Positions 1 to 8,907 of a stretch of 24,000 nt of DNA are shown here, piece by piece. How positions within the stretch are numbered: position 1 is the stretch's first letter; each line of letters starts with the position of its first letter. Position numbers and translations under genes: made by a program. The stretch covers positions 31,789 to 55,788 of the forward strand of contig NZ_JBHDLJ010000016.1 of the NCBI RefSeq assembly GCF_041877255.1, read 5' to 3'. The notes under the pieces were generated by a model. The model saw only the letters and a list, made by a program, of their open reading frames with translations. It did not search any database and was not told the origin of the DNA. The stretch comes from Arthrobacter halodurans (lineage in GTDB: Bacteria; Actinomycetota; Actinomycetes; Actinomycetales; Micrococcaceae).

Positions 1-1043
1 ACCGCGGCCGGGTCGTCGAGGCCGGGCCGGCCCGCCGGCTGCTCGAGGACCCGCAGCACCCGTACACGCGGTCCCTGGTCCGGGCGGCCCCGTCCGTCGC
101 GGCGGTGCGGCTGCGGCCCGAGGCCTATTCCGGTCCCGCGGCCGACGCGGAACCGGCCGTCCCCGAGGGGGACCCCGGGTCGGGCGCCGTCGTCGTGGCC
201 CGAAAGCCCGAGACGCTCCGCGTGTCCGGGGCGACCGACCGCGACGCGGGCAACATCGTCGAGATCCGCGACCTCAACAAGGTCTACAGGCGGCGCGGCT
301 CCAAGGAGGACTTCTACGCCGTCAAGGACGTCACCCTGGACATCCCGCGCGGCTCCACGGTCGCGATCGTCGGGGAATCCGGGTCCGGCAAGACCACCAC
401 CGCGCGGATGCTGCTCAAGCTGATCGAGCCGACAAGCGGCACCATGACCTTCGACGGCATGGACGTGGCCACGCTGTCCAAGACGCAGCTGAGGGACTTC
501 CGGCAGCGCGTGCAGCCCGTCTTCCAGGACCCGTATTCCTCGCTGAATCCGATGTTCACGATCGGCCGGATCGTCGAGGAGCCGCTGGCCACCTACCACC
601 GCGGCAACGGCAGGGAGCGGGCCGCGCGGGTGCGCGAACTGATGGACCAGGTGTCCCTGCCGCACTCGATGCTCCGCCGCTACCCGGCCGAGCTCTCCGG
701 GGGGCAGCGCCAGCGCGTGGCGATTGCCCGCGCCCTGGCGCTAAAGCCGGAGCTGATCGTCTGCGACGAGCCGGTGTCGGCCCTCGACGTGCTGGTCCAG
801 GCCCAGATCCTCAAGCTCCTCGGGGACCTGCAGGCCGAGCTGGGGCTGAGCTACCTCTTCATCTCCCACGACCTGGCGGTGGTGCGCCTGATCTCCGACT
901 ACGTCTGCGTCATGAAGGACGGCGAGCTGGTGGAGGCGGCGAGCTCGGAGGAGATCTTCACCAACCCCCGCCACCCGTACACCCGGCGGCTGCTGGCCTC
1001 CATCCCGGGCAACGAGCTCGACATCGATCCGGATGCCGCCTAA
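1..1043 (+). CDS. ABC transporter ATP-binding protein, dipeptide/oligopeptide type; 3' part of a fused two-ATPase-domain protein (5' end outside window)
   Basis: The frame starting at nt 3 is open from the window edge and reads RGRVVEAGPARRLLEDPQHPYTRSLV, the C-terminal tail of a preceding ABC domain. It continues without a stop into a linker and a second full ABC domain. That domain has Walker A GESGSGKTT, signature LSGGQRQR, Walker B LIVCDEPVSALD, H-loop ISHDL and the oligopeptide-type C-terminal motif HPYTRRLL. Stop codon TAA at 1041-1043. Confidence 0.9.
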   Translation, partial: RGRVVEAGPARRLLEDPQHPYTRSLVRAAPSVAAVRLRPEAYSGPAADAEPAVPEGDPGSGAVVVARKPETLRVSGATDRDAGNIVEIRDLNKVYRRRGSKEDFYAVKDVTLDIPRGSTVAIVGESGSGKTTTARMLLKLIEPTSGTMTFDGMDVATLSKTQLRDFRQRVQPVFQDPYSSLNPMFTIGRIVEEPLATYHRGNGRERAARVRELMDQVSLPHSMLRRYPAELSGGQRQRVAIARALALKPELIVCDEPVSALDVLVQAQILKLLGDLQAELGLSYLFISHDLAVVRLISDYVCVMKDGELVEAASSEEIFTNPRHPYTRRLLASIPGNELDIDPDAA

Positions 1044-1317
1044 CCGGGGCCCCGCCCCCGCGGACGACGCCGAACCCCCGGAGCCCGAGGGCTTCGGCTT
1101 CCGAACCGGCGTGCGCAGCGCGCGCGTGGCGTTCGGCACCGCGGCGTTCCTGCTGGCCATGGCCACGGTCCTGCTGGTGCTCGGCGCCGTCCTGGCGGTG
1201 CAGGCCCGGGCGTGGTGGGGACTCGCCGCGCTGGCGCTGCTCGAGCTCTGCTTCGTCGGGGCGTTCGCGGCCCTCGCCGCGCGCGCCCGCGCCCGCCGCG
1301 GCCGCCGCGGCCGCTAG
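1033..1317 (+). CDS. hypothetical small membrane protein (two predicted TM helices, Arg-rich tail)
   Basis: The ATG at 1033 overlaps the ATPase stop by 11 nt. Third codon positions are almost all G/C, as expected for real coding in this genome. Two hydrophobic stretches are present (AAFLLAMATVLLVLGAVLAV and GLAALALLELCFVGAFAAL). I recognise no family. Confidence 0.4.
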   Translation: MPPNRGPAPADDAEPPEPEGFGFRTGVRSARVAFGTAAFLLAMATVLLVLGAVLAVQARAWWGLAALALLELCFVGAFAALAARARARRGRRGR

Positions 1318-1325
1318 GCGGGCCG

Positions 1326-2294
1326 CTACCGCTGGCGGGACTTGGGGTCCAGCGCCTCGCGCAGCGACTCGCCCAGGAGGGTGAAGCCCAGCGCGGTGAT
1401 GGCGATGCAGATGCCAGGCAGGAAGGCCAGCTGCGGCGCGATCCCCAGCTCGGCCTGCGCGTAGGTGAGCATGCGTCCCCACTCCGCGGTCTGCGGCAGG
1501 CCGCCGCCGAGTCCCAGGAAGGACAGCGCCGCGGCGTCGATGACGGCGGTGGCGAGGGTCAGCGTGGCCTGCACGATGACCGGTCCCACGGAGTTCGGCA
1601 GCAGGTGGCTCATGGTGATGGTCCGCCGGCTCAGCCCGAGGGTCTGCGCTGCCAGGATGTAGTCGGCGCCCTTCTGCTGCAGCATCGAGGAACGCAGCAG
1701 CCGGGCGAAGATCGGCACCGCCGAGACGCCGATGGCGATCATCACGGCGTAGGTCCCCTGCCCCAGCAGCGCGGCGATGGACACGGCCAGCAGCAGGTTC
1801 GGCACGGAGAGCAGGATGTCGACGAAGCGCATGATCACGTTGTCGACCCAGCCGCCGATACCGCCGGCCAGCAGTCCGAGCACCATGCCGCCGACGAGCC
1901 CCATGGCCGTGGACACGACGCCGATCGTGAGCGAGGCCTGGGCGCCCCAGATCAGCTTTGAGAGCACGTCGCCGCCGAAGCGGTCCAGCCCCAGCGGATA
2001 CTCGGGCAGCTCGCCCGGTCCGGGGATGTGGGTCGGGGTGATCTCCGTGCGCCCGGGGAGGTCGTCGCCGCCGTATGGGGCCAGGAACGGCGCCAGCACG
2101 GCCACGACGATGAACAGCAGGACGATCACGGCACCCGCGACGGCGGCGGGGTTGCGGCGCAGCCGCGTGAAGGCGTCGCGCCAGACGCTGGTGCCCTTGG
2201 CCGCGGGCCCGTCGGCGGGCGTGGGGACGGCGGGGCCGTCGCCCGCGGGGGTCAGGTCGGATCCGCCGGGGGCGGGGGGAAGAGTCATGCTCAT
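1326..2294 (-). CDS. ABC transporter permease, DppC/OppC-like (peptide/nickel family)
   Basis: The real start is MSMTLPP at the ATG 2294-2292, which forms an ATGA overlap with the stop of the upstream permease gene. The upstream 182 codons of the 504-aa track ORF are Arg/His/Pro junk. The protein has an N-terminal TM helix, then the BPD-transporter core (VDILLSVPNLLLAVSIAALLG ... AAQTLGLSRRTITMSHLLPNS). 322 aa. Confidence 0.9.
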   Translation of the reverse strand: MSMTLPPAPGGSDLTPAGDGPAVPTPADGPAAKGTSVWRDAFTRLRRNPAAVAGAVIVLLFIVVAVLAPFLAPYGGDDLPGRTEITPTHIPGPGELPEYPLGLDRFGGDVLSKLIWGAQASLTIGVVSTAMGLVGGMVLGLLAGGIGGWVDNVIMRFVDILLSVPNLLLAVSIAALLGQGTYAVMIAIGVSAVPIFARLLRSSMLQQKGADYILAAQTLGLSRRTITMSHLLPNSVGPVIVQATLTLATAVIDAAALSFLGLGGGLPQTAEWGRMLTYAQAELGIAPQLAFLPGICIAITALGFTLLGESLREALDPKSRQR

Positions 2295-3295
2295 TGCACA
2301 CGCACCCTCGGGTCGATGAAGCCGTAGGACACGTCCACCAGCAGGTTGATCAGCGAATAGAGGATCGCGATGAAGATGATGAAGCCCTGGAGGACGGGAT
2401 AGTCCAGCGTGAAGATGGCGTCCCGCAGGAACCTCCCGATGCCGTTGAAGGCGAACACCGTCTCGGTGAGCACCGCCCCGGAGATCAGCAGCCCCAGCTG
2501 CAGGCCGATCGTGGTGGTCACGGGCAGCATGGCGTTGCGCAGGATGAACCGGTTGCGGATGATCTTCTCGGTCAGCCCCTTGGCCCGCGCCGTGCGCACG
2601 TAGTCGGCGTTCATGACCTCCAACACGGAGGCGCGCGTGATGCGCACGATGATCGCCAACGGGATGGTGCCCAGCGCGATGCCGGGCAGGACGAGGTGCA
2701 TGAAGGCGTCCCACGCCGCGTCCCACTCGCGGGTGAGCAGCCCGTCGAGGACGTAGAAGTCCGTGATGTGGGTGGCGTCGATCCTCGCGCTCTGCCGGCC
2801 GTCGGTGGGGAACCACGGGAGCTGGATGGCGAAGAGCCACTTGAGGATGAACGCCAGGAAGAAGACCGGGACGACGATCCCGAGCAGCGAGAGCACCACC
2901 GAGGAGTGGTCCTGCCAGCGCCCGAGGTTCCGTGCCGCCCAGTAGCCCATCGGGATGCCGACGCCGATCGCGAAGACCAGGGCGATGACGGCGAGCTCGA
3001 CGGTGGCCGGGAAGCGCGTGCCGAACTCCTCCAGCACGGAGCGCCCCGTCTGCAGGCTGACGCCGAAGTCGCCGCTGAGGAGCTTGCCCATGTACTGGAA
3101 GTACTGCTCGACCAGCGGCCTGTCGAAGCCGTACGCGGCGTTGACCCGCGCCACCGCCTCGGGGGTGGCCTTGTCGCCGAGCAGGGCGGTCGCCGGACCG
3201 CCGGGGAGGTTGCGCACCCAGAGGAACAGCAGGATGGACAACCCGATGAGGGTGGGGATCAGCAGCGATATTCGCCGACCGATGACTCTGAGCAC
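2291..3295 (-). CDS. ABC transporter permease, DppB/OppB-like
   Basis: The 334-aa ORF starts MLRVIGRRISLLIPTLIGLSILLFLW, the typical DppB N-terminus. It carries the EAA-loop region ADYVRTARAKGLTEKIIRNRFILRNAMLP. Confidence 0.92.
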   Translation of the reverse strand: MLRVIGRRISLLIPTLIGLSILLFLWVRNLPGGPATALLGDKATPEAVARVNAAYGFDRPLVEQYFQYMGKLLSGDFGVSLQTGRSVLEEFGTRFPATVELAVIALVFAIGVGIPMGYWAARNLGRWQDHSSVVLSLLGIVVPVFFLAFILKWLFAIQLPWFPTDGRQSARIDATHITDFYVLDGLLTREWDAAWDAFMHLVLPGIALGTIPLAIIVRITRASVLEVMNADYVRTARAKGLTEKIIRNRFILRNAMLPVTTTIGLQLGLLISGAVLTETVFAFNGIGRFLRDAIFTLDYPVLQGFIIFIAILYSLINLLVDVSYGFIDPRVRVQ

Positions 3296-3324
3296 AGCGG
3301 CCTCTCGTCGGTGGTGGAAAGGGC

Positions 3325-3352
3325 GCGGCGGCGGGTCCCCACCCGCCGCCGC
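3325..3352 (-). terminator. intercistronic GC-rich stem-loop between the SBP and permease genes (attenuator or mRNA-stabilising hairpin)
   Basis: Perfect 12-bp inverted repeat gcggcggcgggt (3325-3336) / acccgccgccgc (3341-3352) with a 4-nt loop cccc. On the minus-strand transcript only a short UUU run follows, so this is at best a partial terminator. Confidence 0.5.
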
Positions 3353-3365
3353 ACCCCTCGGTTTC

Positions 3366-5057
3366 CTACTTGTTCAGCGTGATCTCGTTGAAGACCTCGT
3401 CGTTCACCGGGCTGGTCGGGTAGGAATCGACCCGCTCGTTGAACGCCAGGGACGGGGCCGGGTGGGCCAGCGGGATCGCCGGCACGAACTCGGCGATGTC
3501 CGCGTTGATCTCCTCGTACAGCGGGGTCTGCTCCTCGAGGACCGGGACGCCGCGGGCGTCGGCGATCTTCTTGAACAGCTCCGGGTTGTCGAAGCCGTAC
3601 TCGAGCTTCTCGCCGCCGAAGAAGACGCCGACGAAGTTGTCGGTGTCGTTGTAGTCGCCGGTCCAGCCGAGCAGGTGCAGTCCGTGGTCCTCGCTCCCCT
3701 GGATCCGGTCCAGGTAGTCCGGGCTCCACTTGTTCGGCTGCGGGTCGACCTTGATGCCGACCTCGGCGAGCTGGGCGGAGATGTTGGTGAAGATCTGCTC
3801 CGGCGTCGGCATGTAGGGGCGCGAGATGCCGGTCGGGTAGTTGAACTGGATCGTGAATCCGTCGGCGTAGCCGGCCTCGGCCAACAGCTCCTTGGCCTTC
3901 TCGGGGTCGTAGTCGTAGGTCGCGACGTCCGGGTTGTAGCCGTTGACCGAGTCCGGGATGAACTCGATGGCCTTCTTCGTGCCCTCGGGGAGGGTCTGCT
4001 TGATGAGCGCGTCCTTGTCGATCGCGTGGGAGATGGCCTGGCGGACCTTGACGTCCTGGAGCTCCTCCACGGCCTGGTTCAGGCCCAGGTACAGGATGGT
4101 GAACGGATCGCGGGCCATGATCTTGTAGCCGGCGTCGGTCAGTGCGGTGGTGTCCGCGGGCGCGACCAGGTCGTAGCCGTCGATCTCGCCGGCCTCGAGC
4201 GACTGGCGGCGGGCCACCGGGTCGTCGATCACGCGGAAGATGATCTTGTCGATCTGGCCCTTCTCGCCCCAGTAGTCCTCGTTGTAGGACAGCTCGACCT
4301 GCTGGCCGGTCTCCCACTTGTCGAACTTGAACGGTCCGGTGCCCACGGGGTTGCCGGTGGCGTACTCGGAGAGCACGGGGGCCTCGGCGGAGCCGCTGAT
4401 CTCGTCGGCCTTGAACTTCTCCAGCGCCTCGGGGGACTGCATCGCGAAGGCCGGCAGGGACAGCGCGGCGACGAAGCCGGCGAACGGCTTGGCCAGCTTG
4501 ATCTGGGCCTCCGTCGGAGACACGGCCTCGCAGGACTCGTAGACCGCGTTCTCCGGCGCGTCCGCGAAGCCCTTGAACAGGTTCCCGTAGTAGTAGGCCA
4601 CGGTCTCGGCCTGCTGGATGCCCTTGAAGTTGTACCAGCGGTCGAAGTTGAAGCAGACGGCCTCGGCGTTGAATTCCGTCCCGTCGTGGAACTTCACGCC
4701 CTCCTTGAGCTTGAAGTCGTAGGTCAGGCCGTCCTCGGAGTTCGTCCAGGACTCGGCCAGCAGCGGCGCGGGGTCCGCGGTGCCGGACTCGGTGCCCACG
4801 AGGCCCTCGAAGATCTGGCGGCTGACGCGGAACGACTCGCCGTCGGAGGCGTACGCGGGATCCAGGGACTTCGGGTCGGAGGACGCGGCGAAGATGAAGG
4901 TCGGGTTCACGTCGCCGTCCGCGCCCGCGCTGGCGCCGGCGTCGTCGCGCTGGCTCTCGGCGCAGCCGCTGAGGACCAGCGCGCCGATCGCGAACGCGGT
5001 GGTGATGGCCGCAAAGCGGCGGGGTGCCGTCCGCTTCGGCTTGCCATTGTGGGTCAT
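3366..5057 (-). CDS. ABC transporter substrate-binding lipoprotein, family 5 (peptide/nickel)
   Basis: I place the start at the ATG 5057-5055 (MTHNGKPKRTAPRRFAAITTAFAIGALVLSGCAES). It is preceded by AGGAGAA and gives a lipobox LSGC. The body is SBP_bac_5-like (FIFAASSDPKSLDPAY ... WTGDYNDTDNF). 563 aa. Confidence 0.9.
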   Translation of the reverse strand: MTHNGKPKRTAPRRFAAITTAFAIGALVLSGCAESQRDDAGASAGADGDVNPTFIFAASSDPKSLDPAYASDGESFRVSRQIFEGLVGTESGTADPAPLLAESWTNSEDGLTYDFKLKEGVKFHDGTEFNAEAVCFNFDRWYNFKGIQQAETVAYYYGNLFKGFADAPENAVYESCEAVSPTEAQIKLAKPFAGFVAALSLPAFAMQSPEALEKFKADEISGSAEAPVLSEYATGNPVGTGPFKFDKWETGQQVELSYNEDYWGEKGQIDKIIFRVIDDPVARRQSLEAGEIDGYDLVAPADTTALTDAGYKIMARDPFTILYLGLNQAVEELQDVKVRQAISHAIDKDALIKQTLPEGTKKAIEFIPDSVNGYNPDVATYDYDPEKAKELLAEAGYADGFTIQFNYPTGISRPYMPTPEQIFTNISAQLAEVGIKVDPQPNKWSPDYLDRIQGSEDHGLHLLGWTGDYNDTDNFVGVFFGGEKLEYGFDNPELFKKIADARGVPVLEEQTPLYEEINADIAEFVPAIPLAHPAPSLAFNERVDSYPTSPVNDEVFNEITLNK

Positions 5058-5236
5058 GGCTTCTCCTGTGGGTCGAGTGGTGGCACCGGCGGCCGTCTCA
5101 GTCGCCACGCTCCCGAGGACGGAAGGCTGGTGCATGTGTGAGCCTAGTCTCATGCAGCGTGTGTTTCACGCATCCACGGGCACGTCACACCCCGTTCGTG
5201 TCACGATTCGGTCACGGCCGCCCCTCCCGGCGGGCG

Positions 5237-6883
5237 CTACCGGGCGCGGCGCGCGGTCCAGGCGAGGTATCCGCCGAGCGCGCCGACCCCGCCGACCCCG
5301 GCGCGGAACAGCGCTTGCGGCCAGTGCCGCCACCGCCGCGGCTGGGCCCCCACGAGCTCGCCGACGGCGGTGATGAGCGCGGCCGTGACGACGCCGACGA
5401 CGATGCGGTTCCCCGTCCGTTCCACCCGGTCCATCAGCCGGTCCAGCTCCGCCGCCCGCAGGTGCACGTCGAACCCTCCGCGCTCGAGCACGTCGCTGAG
5501 CCGGCGGATCAGGTCGGGGGCGTCGGACCCCAGCCGCAGGCCCTCCAGGGTCAGCCGCTTGAGCCGCTCCGCGATCGCCGCGGGCGAGTAGGACTCGCGG
5601 ACGAGCCGGCGGGTGAACGGCGCGAGGGCCTCCGTCAGCTCGAACTCCGGGTTCACCTGCTTCCCCAGGCCGTCGGCCATGACCAGCATCTTCGCCAGCA
5701 GGGCCGCGTCCCGCGGCAGCCGCAGCCGGTCGCGGCGCAGCAGCCCCACCACCTCCAGGATCGCGGGGGCCAGGGGGACCTCGGAGAGCGGCCTGCCGAC
5801 GTAGCGCGCCAGCATCCGGCCCAGCGACCGCTCCAGCTCCTCGAGGTCCGCGGACGCCGACGCCCCGCACATCCGCGCCAGCGACGCAGCGAGCCGGCGC
5901 TCGTCGCGCTCCACCACCGCCACGAGCGCCCGGACGAGCTGGGCGCGGAACTCCTCGTCGATGTGGCCGACCATGCCGAAGTCGATCACGCCCAGGCTCC
6001 CGCCCGCCTCGACGAAGAAGTTCCCCGGATGCGGGTCGGCGTGGAAGAACCCGTCCTCGAAGACCATCTTCAGCAGGGCCTCGCAGGCACGGGACGCGAG
6101 CTCGTCGGTGTCCATCCCGGCGGCGCGCAGCGCCGCGGCGTCGTTGATCTTGATGCCGCGGATCCGCTCGAGCACGAGGACGCGTGACGTGGTGGCCTCC
6201 CAGAGGACCCGCGGCACGTGGATGCCGGGCACGTCGGCGAAGTTCTCCGCGAAACGCTCGGCGTTGCGGGCCTCCCGCAGGTAGTCGAGCTCGGCGCGCA
6301 GGGTGTCGGAGAACTCCTCGACCAGCGACGCGACGCCGAAGGCCGCGACGGCCGTCGAGGCCCGCTCGGCCCGCTTGGCCAGTTCCGCCAGGACCTCCAG
6401 GTCCAGGTTGATCTGTTCCACGACGCCGGGGCGCCGGACCTTCACCACGACGTCGACGCCGCCAAGCCGGGCGAGGTGCGCCTGGCCGATGGAGCCGGTC
6501 GCCAGCGGGGACTCGGCCATGGACTCCAGCAGCGGCCCTGCCGCGGCGCCCAGCTCGTCGCGGACCACCGCCCGGAGGTCCTCGACGGCCACGGGCGTCG
6601 ACGCGTCCTGCAGCTTCGCCAGCTCCGCGGCGTAGGCGGGCGGCAGGAGGTCCGGGCGCGTGGAGACGATCTGGCCGAGCTTGACGTAGACGGCGCCGAG
6701 GTCCTCCAGGGCCAGCCGCACCCGCTCCGGCAGGGAGGAGTCCCCGTCCGGCGGCGCGGGGTGGCGGGCCAGCGGGTTCCGCGGCACGTGGTGCTCCAGC
6801 TGCAGGTAGGCCAGCGCGAAACCCAGACCGTGCCGCGTCAGCGTCTGCACGATGTCCAGGAAGCGGTCCCGCCGCGCACTCAT
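5237..6883 (-). CDS. ABC1/AarF/UbiB-family atypical kinase with C-terminal TM segments
   Basis: The 548-aa ORF starts at an ATG. ABC1 motifs are present: GSIGQAHLARL..VVVKVRRPG, ELDYLREARNAERF, HADPHPGNFFV and IDFGMVG. Two C-terminal hydrophobic helices follow. Confidence 0.9.
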   Translation of the reverse strand: MSARRDRFLDIVQTLTRHGLGFALAYLQLEHHVPRNPLARHPAPPDGDSSLPERVRLALEDLGAVYVKLGQIVSTRPDLLPPAYAAELAKLQDASTPVAVEDLRAVVRDELGAAAGPLLESMAESPLATGSIGQAHLARLGGVDVVVKVRRPGVVEQINLDLEVLAELAKRAERASTAVAAFGVASLVEEFSDTLRAELDYLREARNAERFAENFADVPGIHVPRVLWEATTSRVLVLERIRGIKINDAAALRAAGMDTDELASRACEALLKMVFEDGFFHADPHPGNFFVEAGGSLGVIDFGMVGHIDEEFRAQLVRALVAVVERDERRLAASLARMCGASASADLEELERSLGRMLARYVGRPLSEVPLAPAILEVVGLLRRDRLRLPRDAALLAKMLVMADGLGKQVNPEFELTEALAPFTRRLVRESYSPAAIAERLKRLTLEGLRLGSDAPDLIRRLSDVLERGGFDVHLRAAELDRLMDRVERTGNRIVVGVVTAALITAVGELVGAQPRRWRHWPQALFRAGVGGVGALGGYLAWTARRAR

Positions 6884-6892
6884 GCCGCCACC

Positions 6893-7198
6893 CTACACAA
6901 CGAGCCGCGCCAGCGCCGCGGCCGCGGCCCCGGCCAGGACGACGACGAGGAACGGCGCGCGGAGCGCCAGCGCGGCTGCGGCCGCGAGCAGGGCCGCCAG
7001 CCGCGCGTCCACCGCGAGCGACTGGCCGGCGGCGAACGCGTTGACCGCCGTCAGCGACGCCAGCAGCCCGATGGTCAGCGTGCCTGCCGTCCGCGTCACC
7101 CGCGGGTGGTCCAGCACGCGGCCGGGCACGAGGTAGCCGAGCAGCTTCGTCGCGTAGGCGGCCGCGCAGGCGAGCAGAACCCATCCCCAGAGGCTCAT
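6893..7198 (-). CDS. azlD: AzlD-family branched-chain amino acid transport protein
   Basis: Only the last 101 codons of the 608-aa track ORF look real (MSLWGWVLLACAAAYATKLLGYLVP...). The protein is small and hydrophobic, of AzlD type. Its ATG 7198-7196 overlaps the azlC stop as ATGA. Confidence 0.8.
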   Translation of the reverse strand: MSLWGWVLLACAAAYATKLLGYLVPGRVLDHPRVTRTAGTLTIGLLASLTAVNAFAAGQSLAVDARLAALLAAAAALALRAPFLVVVLAGAAAAALARLVV

Positions 7199-7809
7199 CC
7201 CCCGCCCTCCCCCGCGGCCGGGGCGTGGCGCCGGGGGTACGGGTCGACGTCGGGCTCCAGCCCCTCGTCCGCGCGCCCGCGCCCGAACCAGCCCCAGAGA
7301 CCGGCCACGAGGGCGGCGACGAGGATCGGCACCCCGGGAGGGGCCACGGGCACGGCGAGCACGGTCACCACGGCGCAGACGACGGCGATCGCCACCGGCT
7401 CGCGGGCGCGCAACCGCGGCCAGAGCAGCGCGAGGAAGGCGGCGACGGCGGCCCCGTCCAGACCCCACGCCCGCGGGTCTCCGAGCGCGTCGCCCAGGAG
7501 CGCGCCGGCGACCGTGAAGAGGTTCCACATCGCGAAGACGCCGATGCCGGCGACCCAGAACCCCCGGCGCTGTTCGTCCGGGTCCAGCTGGCCGGAGGCC
7601 GTGGCGGCGGACTCGTCGATGGTGAGCTGCGCGGCGACGGGCCGGCGCCACCCGGCGGGCCGGAGCAGCGCGTTGAGCTGCATCCCGTAGACCGCGTTGC
7701 GCACCCCCAGCAGCGTGGCGGCGCCGAAGGCCGCCGAGCCCGCGCCTCCGCCCGCGACGACCCCCGACGAGGCGCGGCGCCGCGAGCACCACGCGGCACA
7801 GGAGCGCAA
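7195..7809 (-). pseudogene. azlC: AzlC-family protein, apparently 5'-truncated
   Basis: Similarity to AzlC starts only at the mid-protein motif LLGVRNAVYGMQLNALL and runs to the C-terminus. The first ~30 codons are non-hydrophobic and overlap the 5' end of the divergent AI-2E gene. The usual ~60-80 N-terminal residues (two TM helices) have no room upstream. Confidence 0.55.
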
Positions 7810-8881
7810 GGGCCAGGTCCACTGGACCGACAGCCTGAGTTGGGCCGGCGAGCGCGCGCGCCAGATCCTGCTGCTGCTGGTCCTCGCGGCGGTGCTGGTC
7901 TACGGGCTGCTCAAGGTCACGCTCGTGGTCATCCCGGTGTTGCTGGCGCTGATCCTGGCCGCGGCCACCACCCCGCTGGTGCGCTGGTTGCGGCACCGCG
8001 GGTGGCGGGAAACGCCGGCGACCACCGGCACGTTCCTGGCGCTCATCGCGGTCTTCGCCGGCGTCGTGGCGGGCGTCGTGCTCACCATCCGCAGCGAATG
8101 GTCCACGCTGGCCGAGCGCGCCAGCCGGCGGTTCGACGAACTCGCGGCGGTGCTGCAGGACGGCCCGCTGCCCGTCGACGAGGCATCGCTCGAGAACCTC
8201 GGGACCGCCGCGCGGGACTTCGCCACCAGCAGCGCCGCCGGCGGGCGGGCGACCGACAGCCTGTTCGTCGCCACCGAGCTGCTCACCGGCTTCATCCTCA
8301 TGGCGGTGGTCCTCTTCTTCCTGCTCAAGGACGGGCACCGGATCTGGGCGTTCTGCCTCATCCCCTTCCGCGGCCGGCAGCGCGCCAAGATGCGCCTTGC
8401 CGGGATGGCGGGCATCGACGTGCTCGGTGGGTACGTCCGCGGCACCGCGATCGTCGCGCTCGTCGACGCCGTGCTGATCGGCGCCGCGCTCTTCGTCCTC
8501 CAGGTCCCGCTGGCCGCGCCGCTCGCCGTCGTCGTGTTCGTCGGCGCGTTCATCCCGCTGATCGGCGCCACGGCGGCGGGCGTCCTGGCGGCGGTCGTCG
8601 CTCTCGTCGCCAACGGGCCGGTCGTGGCGCTCATCGTCGCCGCCGTCGTCGTGCTGGTCAACCAGCTGGAGGGCAACCTGCTCCAGCCCGTGGTGATGGG
8701 CAAGACCCTGAGCGTCCACCCGCTGGTCATCCTGCTCGCGCTGACGGCCGGCACCGTCCTGGCCGGGATCATCGGCGCCATCCTGTCGGTGCCGCTCACC
8801 GCCGTCGCCTGGGCGATCGCGAAGATCTGGATCGGCGACCGCTTCGGTGCGCGCGCGTCGGCCGCGGGCGCGGACGGCTAG
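7697..8881 (+). CDS. AI-2E family transporter (PerM/YhhT-like)
   Basis: Multi-TM protein with typical family blocks (VIPVLLALILAAATTPLVRWLRHRG, FLLKDGHRIW, FIPLIGATAAGVLAAVVAL, NQLEGNLLQPVVMGKTLSVHPLVILLAL). The start is uncertain: TTG at 7697 or GTG at 7715. No later start codon occurs before TM1. Confidence 0.85.
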   Translation: MRTPSSVAAPKAAEPAPPPATTPDEARRREHHAAQERKGQVHWTDSLSWAGERARQILLLLVLAAVLVYGLLKVTLVVIPVLLALILAAATTPLVRWLRHRGWRETPATTGTFLALIAVFAGVVAGVVLTIRSEWSTLAERASRRFDELAAVLQDGPLPVDEASLENLGTAARDFATSSAAGGRATDSLFVATELLTGFILMAVVLFFLLKDGHRIWAFCLIPFRGRQRAKMRLAGMAGIDVLGGYVRGTAIVALVDAVLIGAALFVLQVPLAAPLAVVVFVGAFIPLIGATAAGVLAAVVALVANGPVVALIVAAVVVLVNQLEGNLLQPVVMGKTLSVHPLVILLALTAGTVLAGIIGAILSVPLTAVAWAIAKIWIGDRFGARASAAGADG

Positions 8882-8907
8882 GCTACTCCCCAGACGAGGG
8901 AGGCCCG

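Noticed and set aside
2955-5141. 728-aa plus-strand ORF opposite the SBP and permease genes
   Set aside because: It is a low-complexity shadow ORF dominated by runs of R, L, V, G and D. The minus strand encodes a well-supported family-5 SBP and a DppB-like permease.
5160-5220. Four GTCAC/TCAC motifs (5166, 5185, 5201, 5212) upstream of the SBP operon as a possible operator array
   Set aside because: The spacing is irregular (19, 16 and 11 bp), the motif is short, and there is no clear symmetry. I cannot distinguish it from chance.
5166-7184. 672-aa minus-strand ORF overlapping the ABC1 kinase gene in another frame, together with the 5024-6187 and 6218-7690 plus-strand ORFs
   Set aside because: All are extremely Arg/Pro/Gly/Ala-rich with no motifs. 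The 5237-6883 frame carries the complete set of ABC1 kinase motifs.
7225-8907. 5' two-thirds of the 1013-aa plus-strand ORF that ends as the DUF2254 gene; likewise the 5' parts of 6893-8719 (minus) and 10615-13143 (plus)
   Set aside because: Only the 3' portions have membrane-protein or family character and a good RBS plus ATG. The upstream parts are open only by chance, because stop codons are rare at this GC content, and they overlap real genes.
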